Origin: Octopus sinensis
Taxonomy: Eukaryota
Reading direction: 5' to 3'
DNA length: 64,000 nt
Assembly (NCBI RefSeq): GCF_006345805.1
Contig: NC_042999.1
Location: 121,954,001 to 122,018,000, forward strand
Position numbers and translations under genes: made by a program
The notes under the pieces: model-generated
What the model was told of the DNA's origin: nothing
The model's database searches: none
What the model saw: only the letters and a program-made list of their open reading frames with translations
Part shown: one piece after another, positions 11,755-24,237 of the stretch
Position numbering within the stretch: position 1 is the stretch's first letter
Layout of the letters: every line of letters begins with the position of its first letter

Positions 11755-11757
<3 letters not shown>
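11549..11757 (-). mobile_element. Short (TA)n-embedded element carrying a hammerhead-like fold; probable Penelope-like terminal fragment
   Basis: 209 bp of CpG-retaining sequence between two pure (TA)n tracts; on the minus strand the ribozyme fold is followed by AATAAA just before the TA tract. Confidence 0.65.
11577..11627 (-). ncRNA. Minimal type I hammerhead ribozyme variant (core CCGAUGA)
   Basis: RNA: GCAAAAACUGU-CCGAUGA-ACG(GGAA)CGU-GAAA-CUC(A)GAG-UA-ACAGGUUUUG. Stem I CUGU/ACAG (extends past one mismatch), stem II ACG/CGU, stem III ACUC/GAGU, GUA cleavage triplet at 11587-11589. Confidence 0.65.
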
Positions 11758-11799
<42 letters not shown>

Positions 11800-11806
<7 letters not shown>

Positions 11807-12509
11807 AAATTCAGGAAAGGTTTTTGATGCTTCATTTTGGTCCAACCACAGTACAGAATCCACTTTTCAGTGCAAGTTACAATACAGTTGAGAAATGGAT
11901 CAGTCTGGTTATGGAGAAGAAATGACGAGTAAATTTCATATCTGGGCATTATCTGATTTTCATTCAAAACATGGGATTATCTGATTTTCATTCAAATCAT
12001 GCTCATTTGTGGAGCATTTTGATTTTCCCATCGCATGCAAATGGTTGCAGGCAATTTTCTGGCTAACTTGAAGGTCTTTTGCCAGTTCTCAAGTGGTTTT
12101 ACGTGGATCTTTCTCAATGACTGTCTTTAATTGACCCTCATCAATGACAGATGGGCGTCCACTATGCTCACAATCTTCAAGGCCCAGGTCTTCACTGTGA
12201 AATCGTTTAAAGCATTTTCGAGCTGACCACTCACTGGTCATTTCCTCACCAAATGTTTCATTGATATTGCAAGCAGTTTCAGCTGCTTTACATCTTTTTA
12301 TGAAGTTGAATAGCAAAATTGCATGAATAGTGTGCTTTGACAGTTCCATTTCAGATGATTGTAACAATGCCGGAAAAAATATCAATGTTAATTTATTGAT
12401 GCATTATCAGACAATTGCGAAAAAATGTTTAATAAAGTTCAAAACTCTCCAAAAATCTGGTACAAACTCTTCGTGATTCAAGACATTGCTTATCTTTTAC
12501 TCAACCTGA
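11800..12509 (-). mobile_element. Mariner transposon remnant (5' TIR and N-terminal half of transposase)
   Basis: TA|TCAGGTTGAGTAAAAGATAAG terminus at 12511-12490; ATG at 12349 gives MELSKHTIHAILLF...KAAETACNINETFGE...SARKCFKRF...LEDCEHSGRPS (HTH), later NENQIMPRYEIYSSFLLHNQTDPFLNCIVTCTEKWILY (first catalytic-Asp motif TCDEKW, Asp lost); frameshifts and a 28-bp tandem duplication at ~11947-12000. Confidence 0.9.
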
Positions 12510-13221
12510 TATATATATATATATATTGGTAATTAGTAAGGGATTTCTCTAAATATTTACCAGTTTGCTCACAGTTTGGTATTTGAAATAGGTTATTGAA
12601 CAGTTAATATATAAATCCAATAATCATTCTCATAAGATAAGAATTTAGAGATATATTCTATTGGATTATTCTCAATATATTACCTTTAACCAAATAGGTT
12701 TCCTGGAGTGTTTAATATCAATTATAATAATAACAATGATTATTACAAAGTAGCATTAGCATTACCTTTAAATCCTTTTTATAAATATACAGCTTCAAAT
12801 AGACCTACTACATTCTACTACATTGATTAGTAACCATTGCAATTGCAACCTTACCATAATACCAGTGCAGTTTCTTCAGGGTCTTCACTTTAATACCCTC
12901 TGATTTAACTGTTTAAAGTTTTATGTTGATTCTCTTTGTGTTCTATGATGTGGAGTTGTATGTTAATTTAGACATGAACTATCTTCAATTCAAGTAAGTA
13001 TGAGAAACTTCTGACTGACTAAAAAAGAGTAATATGTGTTTATAGCATTACAATGAATGGATGATGAACATGCCAAAGCCTGTGAAATAGGGTCTGATTA
13101 ACAGACTTGTACAAAATCAGACTGGATTGCATAAAAATGTATATATAAACCTATTAATGTCAATGGGTAATGAATATTCTACCACTACACTGAAAATATT
13201 TATTCAATATATAATTCACAT

Positions 13222-13573
13222 GTGAAGGGACATGGCCCACTGGTTAGAGTGTCGGACTCCCAATCAGGAATTAGTGAGTTCAATTCCTGGGCAAGGCTGT
13301 GTGTTGGCGATCTTCAGCAAGACACTTTATTTCATGTTGCTCCAGTTCACTCAGCTGTAGAAATGAGTTGCAATGTCACTGGTGGCAAGCTTTATCAACC
13401 TTTGCCTTGCCCTTGGATAATATTGGTGGCATGGAGAGGGGAGGCTGGTTTGCATGAGCAATTGTTGGTCTTCCATAAACACCCTTGCCCAGACTTGTAC
13501 CTCAGAGGGGAATTTTCTAGGTGCAATCCCATGGTCATTCATGACCGACGGGGGTTTTTACCCTTTACCCTTT
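13222..13573 (+). mobile_element. tRNA-derived SINE (family C), full length
   Basis: A-box-like TGGCCCACTGGTT, B-box-like GAGTTCAATTCC, body AGCAAGACACTTTATTTCATGTTGCTCCAGTTCACTCAGCTGTAGAAATGAG, (TTTACCC)n tail; rc copies at 56635-56966 and 62168-62477. Confidence 0.85.
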
Positions 13574-16500
13574 ATATGATTCACAAGAAAAAGGGGACTA
13601 AATCAGTATCATGAGAATGGCAATAAAAATTACATAAAGACAACAATTGTGTCAGATATTATTTTAATAATCTCTACTTAAATTGATATTGAAAATGTTA
13701 TTTCCTTAAAATTTTAAACTTAGAATTTGTCATAATTTAAAAATGAAACTACAGAAATTACCTACTTGTATTTTAATTTTAAAAAGTACTTGAAGAAAGG
13801 AAGATAATGACCTTGACCTATGCATCTGATTGCTGTTCGATTTGAACATGTGTTAATTGATACCTTGCAGTAATTCATTATTTGGCTAGGAGAATTGGAA
13901 AGGTTGTTTAGTGTAAGATTTAGCAATGATGTGTTGGTGAAAGGTAAGTGTATCAGGTGAGTATACCTGAAGGTCAAAGACAGCTTTGCTAGATTAGAAA
14001 ATAGAAGCTACAATAGTAATAATAGAAGAGACAGAAATATGAATCTGTTTCTCTGTTCACAACTTGCAGTATGGGTGAATGAATCTTTGGTAATCAGCTA
14101 AAAGGCATTTTGAAAGAAGTTTTGGATGTCAGTGTGTGTATAGTAGGGGAAATGCACCAGATATGTGAACTGTAATCATATGTGGATGTCGTTTGTGCTT
14201 AGTAGAATTTTAGCAACTGTTCAGGGCTTAAGTATTTTCCAATCCTAAAGGAAAATCGTGGTATTTGGATAGATGAAGATGTTTTTGCAATGTTTTATGT
14301 ATGATTAGCTTTAAACATGATTAAAATTGTGATTCCTACTATTTTTAGTATGATTGAAGTTTTTTTTAGGGAGGTTTCTTTATAATTTTCTAAGGGAGAT
14401 TTTGCTCCTATTTCTAGCATATTGAGTTACTGCAACGCCAAAAAGGAGTAGTCTTGCAGAGTGTTTGGATTGTGTTGATTTGAAATGAATTATTAGCTGT
14501 TAGGATGTCCTATATCAAAGTACGCTAAATCTTGTGATGCAAAAAGTCAACTTCTGGAAAACTCACTACATTCCTTGTTTATATATGCATGTACATATGC
14601 ATCACACTTAGTCTTTCCCATTGAGAAGAGTATATTAATATACTTCACTGAAGAGGTAAACTAAAACCGAAACATACCTTCATCTATTGAATTTGAAAAC
14701 CAGTTTCAGTCCAGTATGCTTTGTCTATATCATCAAAAGATTTCATCAGATGATCTTCCTGGAATTATTTTCTTTGCCAGTGTTTATATATTTTGAATGT
14801 CAACTAAATACTGGAATAGTCTCAGTCAATTGAAGATTTTCACCTCACTGCATTTGATATGTAAGACCCTACTATATTCAAAAGTAAGTTTTAATATAAA
14901 ATTAAAGTTATTGCACTTGACTACTTCTACCAATGTACTAGGAAAGGTTTGAACATCTTGTCTCTCACCTCAAAAGTATGGGAAGGAAGGAAACAGGAAA
15001 TGAGATATTTGTACCTAGTCAAAAAGAAATATATGATAATTTTGAATTTAAATCTAAATACTGCTGAATGATCTTTTAAATTTTGAAAACTTATAAGATT
15101 GTAAGGAAAACAATTAAACTTCAAAGCTTAGTCAATAAATCATTAATATTGATAGAACTTTTAAAATTCTTAAGGCTAAAATATGATTTATGACTTGCTT
15201 TTGAATAAGATTAGCAATTTTAAATTGTTTATGAAATAATTGGTTGAAAATAAAATTAAAGCAATCAATTTTCTATAACAGATAACTTCAGAAAAAAGAA
15301 TATTCAAATACAAACAATTAAAGGATAGCTAATGAAGAATGAACTGACATTTAAAATTGAAAAACCTAAATTGCAATAAAGTTTCTTCAAGCTAAATTAA
15401 TTTTTTTAAATGCTTCAAAGTTCCATTTCTTTTTTAATTTACAATCCCTAGAAACAATTCAGGTTGAATTAAATAAAAACGATTAGAAATAACCTTAAAA
15501 TTTACATATTACTTCTTAGTATAAACCTTATGACAATAAATGTTGTATATAATATATATTGAACATAACGGGTATACTAAGTATATGTATAAGCTGAACT
15601 CTGTCACTTTACAATTATTTTCATTGTTTAAATATGTATTTTATCTTCATGATTATACTAAGGTTTCATCTATAAAATTGGATTACATACTTATCTCTTA
15701 AATTAAATCAGAAGTCTTGGCCTGAGTTGTAAAGATGTTTTTTTAACCAGTCTTGGAATTCACCTTTTTCTATATTCAGAAGCATTTCTATATTCATTTT
15801 AAGAATATTTAATTCCATCACATGCAGCTGCTCTCCAAGCAGGTTGATCCATTGCTATTTCTCTGAAGAACACAAGTTGATGACAGCTTCTTGGAGAGTA
15901 TTATTTACTTTATATTTGTATATTTTGAGTAAATGTTGAAAGTTTTAACAAACAAAAGAGGAGTATATAGAATTTATTTCAGAATTCCATTGTCTGACAT
16001 TCTTAAACAATGTCCTATCTACCATAAGTGAAATTTATAAATGATCATTTCAATTTAGTTTGTATAATTGAATTGCTGTATACACTAGTATATTCTGAAA
16101 CCTTGCAATTTGATGTTGAGTATTTTTACAAAGATTGCATCATTAGTATTGTCTCTATTTTCTAATGTGACTGCTATAGACAGTTCAAACCATACATCCA
16201 CACAAAATATAAGTATGCAGCAACATCAATTCAGTAATAGGATGTTTCTGTTGTTAAAAAACATAAGTACTGGTATGAACATTTGCAAAAATTCAATTTC
16301 TTGATTGGTTTCAATTGGCTAAGAACAGTGACTGCCATAGTCTCCCATATGACATTGGACAGCTATGACCTCCATCATTCACTCCACTCCATCATCTTCA
16401 TCATTCTCCCTCTCTTTTTCACTAATAACAGGCACTACTATCTCCTCTCTCTAATCAAACATAATAATGTTGTTCTTCCCATTATATTTTTACTTCCAGC

Positions 16501-16739
16501 AATACCTCACCTTAAGTCAGCTTTTGTCACCATCCCTACATTTCTTTTTATTCTCCCTTTCAAAGCAGTAAAAGCATTGCAAGCTACCAGGTCACTTCAT
16601 TAGTGTTTATGCCATGATAAGACACACTCTCTACGTTCTGCAAAGTAACTATAAAATCGAGCAAAAACGATGTAGGATTTAGAACTTTTTAATTTTGTAA
16701 AGGGTATGACAACCTCTCTATGCTTTGTGTTACAAGAAA

Positions 16740-16960
16740 ATGCACTCAGCACACTCTGTAAAACAGAGTTAGGAAGGGAGCAAAGCCATAGAAACTATGC
16801 CAAACTGAAGATGTTTGAGTGTCCGATTGTAACATAGTCCTTTTGGCCAGTCCAGAAGAGCAATAACTCTAAATAGGAACTGAATCCACTGTGATGGTCC
16901 ATCCAACCTACACCAGCATGGAAAACAAACATGAAACAAAAATGATGGTGGTGGTGGTTG
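16740..16960 (+). mobile_element. Degenerate RTE-tail element
   Basis: CAGCACACTCTG...GTTAGGAAGGG...CCATAGAAACTATGCCAAA ... CCATCCAACCTACACCAGCATGGAAAAC...(GGT)n. Confidence 0.65.
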
Positions 16961-17224
16961 TTATATACATACACACACTCTCTTGCACATACACGCACAC
17001 ACACAAACACACACACATACACAATACATTCATAAGTACATACATACTTACATATGTACATACATACATAATATAAAAACAGGCAAACAAACAAACAGAC
17101 AGACAAAATCTGTAAGACCTTCTTAAGATATAAAGGATGATGGTTAAAACAAGATACTCTCCTTCACAACCTTACTATGAAGTAGGTGGCCGGTCAAAAT
17201 TTACTCTAAAATCAAGAGAACAAC

Positions 17225-17434
17225 TACACATACATACATTCATAAATACTTGCATACATAGATGCATACATACATGCATATGTACATACATACATACATA
17301 CATACATACATACATACATACATACATACATACATGCATGCATGCATGCGTGCGTGCGTGCGTACGTACGTACATACATACATACATACATGCATGCATG
17401 CATGCATGCATACATACATACATACATACATACA
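17225..17434. repeat. Compound tetranucleotide purine-pyrimidine microsatellite (TACA/TGCA/TGCG/TACG)
   Basis: Direct reading; explains ORFs 17137-17528. Confidence 0.95.
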
Positions 17435-18982
17435 ACTTATATCTTCATTAAACATAATTAATGCAAGTAACCACACAAAAATAAATAAGATAAAACAGCA
17501 CTCCTGTGCAACCTATTCAGTCTGCTAAAAATCAGTTTAAATTAGGTTTATAGTATCAATTTGAGACAGAATCATGTATATGACATTTTTCTGAGTACAT
17601 AAATACCATTTACTATAACATATTTGTACATTAAAATTATTTCCAACACAACCAAAGTGATTGAAGTTACAATTAATTCATCTATACTATAATAAAGGAA
17701 GCTGCTTATTAATTAGTGGTGAGTGTGTAACTTGTGCAAAAGGAAAGCAGTTATTAAAGGATAGCCGCTCTAGAAAATTTTAATTTTAATACAGTTTTAT
17801 CAAGATGTGGTTTTCAAAACTCTTTTATTATTGAAGATTTCAATTACATGCTTTTATTCTCTGTAATATACATTTTGTAATGGCTTACATTCATGTTGCT
17901 TTACTTCTGTTTCTTTGCAATGGTGTCCCTCTTTCTTTCTTCTTCTCTCTCTCTCTCTCTGCTTTGCTGCCTCTATTCCTATTAGTCTTTCTATTTCTCT
18001 CTCTATAACTTTTACCCTCTCACTCTTATCCTCATCCTTTTCACTCAACTTCTTTCCCCCTTCAATCTTTGACTCTTCTCTATTTTGCGCACAAACTTGT
18101 GTTGTATTCCTTCTCCTATGATTCCATTTAATACTTTTCATTTACTCCTGCATACTTTTTTACTTTCACTTACTTTCCTTGCAGTGTTATCTCTCTCTCT
18201 CTCTCCTATGTTTATTCAATTGTTTATTTTTTTAAAGAAATGATAGAAGTTTTGTATCTTTAGTCGAGTTCCAGATTATCTTTGCAATTTCGGCTGGTTA
18301 TACTTAAGATTGCTCCAATCTGACCAGCCCCAAAGAAAAACTAAGCTAAGAGCATTATCTTCCTTGGAAGAAAGCAGCAAATGTATATGAAAACAAGGAC
18401 AGAAAAAAAAAACAGAGAAATGTTACACAAATACAAATGCAATTAACAGGACATAACAACAGGTGACTTTCGATTAAGGACGAATTAAATTAAGCTGGTG
18501 TGTGTAGAAATAAAGCCTTACAGCAGGAAAATAAGACTTGATAGGCACAAGGAGAAATATAGATGTTGCATGAATGGTAGTTGAACCAAGAAAGATCAGG
18601 CTTGGCCGAACACCAGTCATGTGGGAAGACAAGAGAGAAAGGTAGAGGCAGAGGGATAGAAGAATTAAGGAGGGGTGAAAAAAAAATGAAAGTGAAGTGA
18701 AAGAAGAGGAAAAGTGAGCATGAAGAGAAGGCCAGGGAATGTGAGGGAGGGGGAACGAAAGAATGAAGAGTGGACTGAACAAAGTGTCAAAGGGCTGATA
18801 GAAAGAAGGAAAGAATAGAAAGAATAACAGAGTTGTACAAAATTTAGATATATATGTGTGTATACAGAGTGAGAGAGAGAGAGAGAGAGAGGCAGAGAAA
18901 TGTATCACAATAGTTTCATACAAGCAAATATGAAATGCACTAACAGAAACATTGCCCAGTGGGTGTCATTTCTGTTACGTAG

Positions 18983-19115
18983 CTCCTGTAAAGGAATTTT
19001 CTAAGGATGTACTTAAAGTTTCATATGTTAAAAAGTTATCTTCAAATATCAAATTAAAAGGAATGATTCTGCGAGGAAAATATTTAATCGATAAGGAATT
19101 TACAATTGAATTTCA
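18983..19115 (+). CDS. Candidate internal coding exon of an unidentified host gene
   Basis: CACTAAC branch-like site at ~18938, acceptor CATTTCTGTTACGTAG, open frame (A)PVKEFSKDVLKVSYVKKLSSNIKLKGMILRGKYLIDKEFTIEF, donor CA|GTAATG. No homologue recognised. Confidence 0.25.
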
Positions 19116-19611
19116 GTAATGAATGGTAGAAAATTATCATCACTTTTGTTGAAGCCTGTCTAATGCCTATATTTTCTGTTTTCATTATCCTTATTTGCTT
19201 AATTCCACAAACCCCTGCACTAAACATATTTGCTCTGGTTTTCCTTTTTATAACAGCATATCTCTTAAATTCACTCCCTGCCCCTGACAGGTGTAAACCT
19301 ATCAAGATTCAAACTAAGTATCAGCATTATTGACATCATCAATCTAAAATTGACCCTCCTTCTATAACTAAAGAACAGGAAAAACTGTTTCATTGAAGCC
19401 AAGTGGAGCTAAAAGTGTTGTAAATGATAATAAAAAGAGTATAAAACTATATTCTGGATAAACAATATGTTCTGTGTTAATTTTGATAGTCAGTATTTTG
19501 TCAATTATGAGTTGTTATCCTTTTTGTATTCCAGTACTGTAAATCCTTGCGAAATAGCTGAGTTTTTGTAATTTTCAATTAATACTAAATCAATTACGAA
19601 AAGGTAGGAAT

Positions 19612-19840
19612 TTAACCATTTAGTATTAAGATTACTCAATCAAATGTAATGCTTATTTTTTCACATTATTTTGGATTAATCATGCATTATCTTGTAGCTT
19701 TGAAATTTCAATGATGTGATTGTTTGTTTTTAGAATGACATTGTAAGGTAGGTGTGAGAGGCCAGAACTGACTGATTTGAACATAAAATAGGTAGAATGT
19801 TTGGGCCTGATATGAGGCGGTTTAAATACTAAAGGATTTT
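19612..19840. mobile_element. piggyBac-type MITE
   Basis: TTAA|CCATTTAGTATT at the left end and AATACTAAAGGA|TT at the right (10/12 inverted match); ~225 bp, non-coding. Confidence 0.7.
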
Positions 19841-20749
19841 AAATGTTTTCAAGATAACAGGTTTAAAAGTAATAGAGCTATCATACAAAATTAAACAACC
19901 ACATTGTGTCTTACATGTTCTTGCAGATTAGTAAGTGATATTATGCACAATAACAATTATATTGTACATTCTTTTTACAGACGAAGCTTAGATAATCTCA
20001 TAATAAACATGCACTTAAAATATACATTTACATAAGTGCAACAGGCAATTTAATCAACTACTTTATAACAACTAGGTAATATAACCGTATTTCTCCTACT
20101 CTTAATATATTATCTATACTCCATCTCCATTATTTTAACTCTAAAATGCAATACAACATAGAAAAATGATAATAGGTAACTACCTCATTCATTAAAATAT
20201 ATAATTGAAAGAAACTGAATATTTACTTCATGATATTTATAAGAATTGGCCACATTCAATGTTCAGAGCTCTCTTTCCTAAAGCAAGAAATGAATTTTTT
20301 TTAGTTTGTATGTGCTATAAATATGCCATAAACAAACTGTAAAGTTCCATTGAAAATTTAATGAAAACAATTGTTACTTTCAAAAATTTAATGCATACCA
20401 TTATATGTGTCTTGAGCTAATTTCTGTGTACTCATTGTATTAATTTACATTCACATGATTAACTTTCCCTTTTATTAGTCTCTCTGGCTCTTCATTATAG
20501 TGCCAACCGTCTTTTCCAATCTTTAGTTATATTCATAATTGTTTCTGATAGGTTGTTTTTAGCATTAATTCCTTGAAGATAACATACATTATATATTAAG
20601 TAGTCTAAACAAACCATATTATTTCAGATGATGCCTCTACTTCTTTGAAATTTAGAAATATTACTTATTCTTCATTTTATTGTTTTACTTTTCTGGTATA
20701 ATTGCAGTTATTTTGATGGTGTATAAAATTTCTTTTATGTTATACTAGT

Positions 20750-22440
20750 TACTTTTGATCATCTTCCTCTTTTCTCACTTTGTGCATCACTGCCTCTTTC
20801 ATCTCTTTTACACTGCTCATGCAAAATAGCTTGAAAATGTGCAACCCTAGACTAGCTCTTGCCTCTTGCATCGCTCCGACTATATTGGCATGCCTTAGCT
20901 TTCTGATCGCCTTGTTTACTGCTTCTTCCACTTTCCATCTCCTCCCAGTTCGTACCTTTGGAGGGTTTTCTCAGATGTTCTGATCTTTCAAATACCTTAG
21001 CATCATTACTGTCCTTGCCTTTCCTGCCTTATATTCTTCGGTGATTGATGTTATCAGTAGTTGCAGCATGGGTTTTCCATATAGTGCAGTTGTATTTAGT
21101 GGTTCTGGAAGACCAAGCCATTTTCTAATAAACACACTGCATTTTTATTCCATCCTTTTTACTCTACTCGAGGCCATTTCATACATTTGTGATGGCCACA
21201 TTAACCTTGGATACAGTCCAAATTGCAGTATCCAACATCTGAATTTCCCTGGTAATGTTTTTCGGTTAATTGCCTTTAGTCCTTGTTCCACTAAATCGTG
21301 TGTTTCTTTGCTTTGCTTCTTATCATTTAGTAAATATCTGTACCATCTGCCGAGATTCTTTACTGGTTGTTCTTTTACCGTTAGTATATCTTTATCTCCT
21401 ATCCTGAATTTCACTTCTTTTTGGACCCCTTTCACAAAAGCCATGCTTCAGGAATTTTGGGCTTTGAATTTCATTCTTGCCCATCCAATTAGTTCATTCA
21501 ACCACCCTAACATTCCATTTGCTGCTTCTCTACTTCCTAATAATACAATAACGTCATCCATAAAAGCTCTTAATGGTGTCTTTGTAACAGATTTCTCAGT
21601 TTGTTGATTTTAGTTGCATCTCCATGACTAGCACAAATAAGATGACTGATATCGTGCATCCAGCTGCAATACCTACTTCAAGCTGTTGTCACTCTGTTGT
21701 AAACTTTCCTGTTGTAAATATCATCCTCAGTTTATTGTAGTAACACATGAACATTCGTTGAACATCTTCTGAAATCCAAAAGAAGTCCATAGCAGTTTGA
21801 ATTAGTGCATGAGGAACAGATTGGCAAGATCTAGCCATACAATGTACAGGTTTTACTTCAGTTGTTTTGCACAGCTGATAGCCTCCCAGATGGCAAATGC
21901 ATGAACTATGCACCCAGGGATTCCAGCCTTTTGGATTACAAAATTAACATGTTCATTATTCTGTACGAATCTTATGATTTGTCTGGCAATAATTCCAAAC
22001 ATGATTTTCCCTTTGGTATTTAATAGTGAAATGAGTCTCAATTGCCCTAGTGTTTTTGCCTCCTTCTTTTTAGGTAAATAGATATCTTCAGCTATACACC
22101 ATCGCCCTGCTATGTCTTTCTTCTTCCACATGTACCTTATCAGTGCAAACAGTTGTAAACACAATTTCAAGCAATACTTATACACCTTGTAGCTAACTCC
22201 GTCGTTCCCTGGTGAACTTTTTGTTCTTGCTTTTCTAATGAACTCATCCATATCTTTCTTTCTGATGTCACTCAAATCAAATGGTATCCTTGGTTCAGAT
22301 GGTTTCTTCAGCCCATGCATTTCTGGGAATACTTTATTTCTATCAGCATCACTTTATGTCTCTTTAAGATAGTGTACGAGCTCTTCATTAGTGCAATCCT
22401 ATCTTTCACTCTTACTTTCAGTAGATAAACATTTACTAGT
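20750..22440 (-). mobile_element. HERO-like non-LTR retrotransposon, decayed RT fragment
   Basis: KARTKSSPGNDGVSYKVYKYC...RWCIAEDIYLPKKKEAKTLGQLRLISLLNTKGKIMFGIIA...IQKAGIPGCIVH; FRIGDKDILTVKEQPVKNLGRWY...LPGKFRCWILQFGLYPRLMWP; EEAVNKAIRKLRHANIVGAMQEARASLG. Stops and frameshifts between segments; no endonuclease end seen. Confidence 0.8.
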
Positions 22441-22580
22441 CTGGGCAAATTTGCTTATGTAAGATCAGCAGTTGTCCTTGCATACCCACCCCTCCTCTCT
22501 ACACCATGATGTTGTACAAGAAGAAGGCAAAAGCTGATACCGCTTGGCACTCATTCCTACAGCTGAGAGATCAAGAGCAA

Positions 22581-22899
22581 TACTCTTTTACTCTTTTACT
22601 TGTTTCAGTCATGTGACTCTGTCATGTGACACCACCATTGGTTGTCAAGCAATGTTGGCGGGACAAACACAGACACACAAACATATACACACACATGCAT
22701 ACATATATATATATATATATATATTCATAAATACGACGGAATTCTTTCAGTTTCCATCTACCAAATCCACTCACAAGCTTTTGGTCAGCCCGAGACTATA
22801 GTAGAAGACACTTGTTCAAGGTGCCACATAGTGGGACTGAACCCGGAACCATGTGGTTTGTAAGCAAGCTACTTAGCACACAGCCACTCCTACGCCTAT
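22581..22899 (-). mobile_element. tRNA-derived SINE (family B, CORE-like), well preserved
   Basis: rc of ATAGGCGTAGGAGTGGCTGTGTGCTAAGTAGCTTGCT...GGTTCAGTCCCAC...CACCTTGAACAAGTGTCTT; internal (CA)/(TA) repeat; CTCTTTTA tail. Confidence 0.85.
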
Positions 22900-23005
22900 G
22901 TGAAATTAAGTGTCTTGCTCAAGAACACAACACACAGCCTCTTTCAGAGAATCAAACCCACTACCTCATGATTGTGAGCCTGACACTCTAACCACTAAGC
23001 CATGT
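22900..23005 (-). mobile_element. Family C SINE 5' fragment
   Basis: GTGAAATTAAGTGTCTTGCTCAAGAACACAACAC...CTCTAACCACTAAGCCATG matches 56856-56966. Confidence 0.7.
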
Positions 23006-23399
23006 ATGTTGCCTATGATAGGAGAGTTTTCAATTCTGAATTGAAAATATTTTTTCTAATATGTCTTTAAGCAAAGAAAGATTAGTAGTGAAAATGATTG
23101 CTTTATAAATATATATGAGATTAAAATGTACGATATAATGCCTTTTGTTGGTTTGGTATTTCATACAAGACCAGTGAGTTGTGGACTAAATTTTTGAACC
23201 AGCATTTACTGTATTTTATTTGCTACAATTATATGTATGTATGTATGTGTGTGTGCGTGTGTGTGGTTTTTGTATGTTTTACTTTATGTACATATTCTCA
23301 TGCATATAGTTGAATATCTAGACATGCTCATATATACTTAAATGATAAACTTCTGGAAAGTTTTACAGATTTTTACAGTTCCAGTGATGGATTAGATCT

Positions 23400-23975
23400 G
23401 TAGTCTTTGAATTAGCTTTCTCCTGTCTGGTTTTCAGAAGCCTTATTTCTCAAGATCAGTATTTAGACAAGGTGTTATATATCCCAGGGCCCCAATAATT
23501 ACAGGTGTAAACCTGAACTTGTAACCTAGATAAAGTAACTGCAGATTTCTCAATAGTTCAGCATAGGTATTCTCTTTTTCACTGATCTTCAGCTTTATGT
23601 CAACATCTGCCGGACAGCTAATTTTCAAAACTGTACACAGTTTCTTTTTTCTATCCCAAATCATTATATCAGGTCTGTTGTGCTTACATTTTATTGAAGT
23701 TTTCACTGGGACATTCCACCAGTACTCCTTTTTTTATTATGAGTGGATATGGCTTCTACCATACTGTGGGTTCTTATTTCTTTGTCCTTGGGGTTATCCT
23801 TCTGACGGATTTCATTATAGAGCATCCTAGCTACAACATCATATCTCATTCGTAGATAATATGATGACATTTTCAGGTAACTTCTTATGATGTGGGTGAT
23901 ATCTTCGTTGTTAACTCCACAAAGTCTGCATCAGCTGTCACATTTTACTACTTTTCCTGCATCTCTACCCCTTGT
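23400..23975 (-). mobile_element. 3' fragment of a restriction-like-endonuclease non-LTR retrotransposon (R4/Dong-like)
   Basis: Zinc knuckle CRLCGVNNEDITHIIRSY (last Cys lost), RYDVVARMLYNEIRQKDNP, then KEYWWNVPVKTSIKCKHNRPDIMIWD...ISCPADVDI..KISEKENTY...FTPVIIGALG (PD..D/ExK nuclease). Confidence 0.85.
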
Positions 23976-24237
23976 ATGTATGTATGTATGTATGTATGTA
24001 TGCATGCATGCATGTTATGCACACACACATGCTTGCTTGTTTGCCTGCTTGCCTGCTTGCTTGCTTGTTTGCTATTGAACCATTGTTCTGCTTCATTAGT
24101 GATATATGGGATGTGAAGCAGCAAAATAAGATGTTATAGATTTTCCTTCACTTTGTAAATAATTAGTTAGGGACATTGTAAGTAGAAAGTAGCGTACCTT
24201 TTTTTATAAAGTGTTATGTTTCCACATATGTTTCTAG

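Noticed and set aside
13222-13300. tRNA-like A/B boxes (also near 905, 25920, 44210, 56890 and 62400)
   Set aside because: These are SINE heads continuous with repeat bodies; no full cloverleaf, so they are not called tRNA genes.
14672-14860. Minus-strand donor GAAG|GTATGT and plus-strand acceptor at 14780
   Set aside because: All reading frames contain stops.
17137-17528. Multiple overlapping ORFs rich in HTYI/MYVC (similarly at 5754, 10258, 36883, 55509, 57417 and 63655)
   Set aside because: Stop-free translations of microsatellites.
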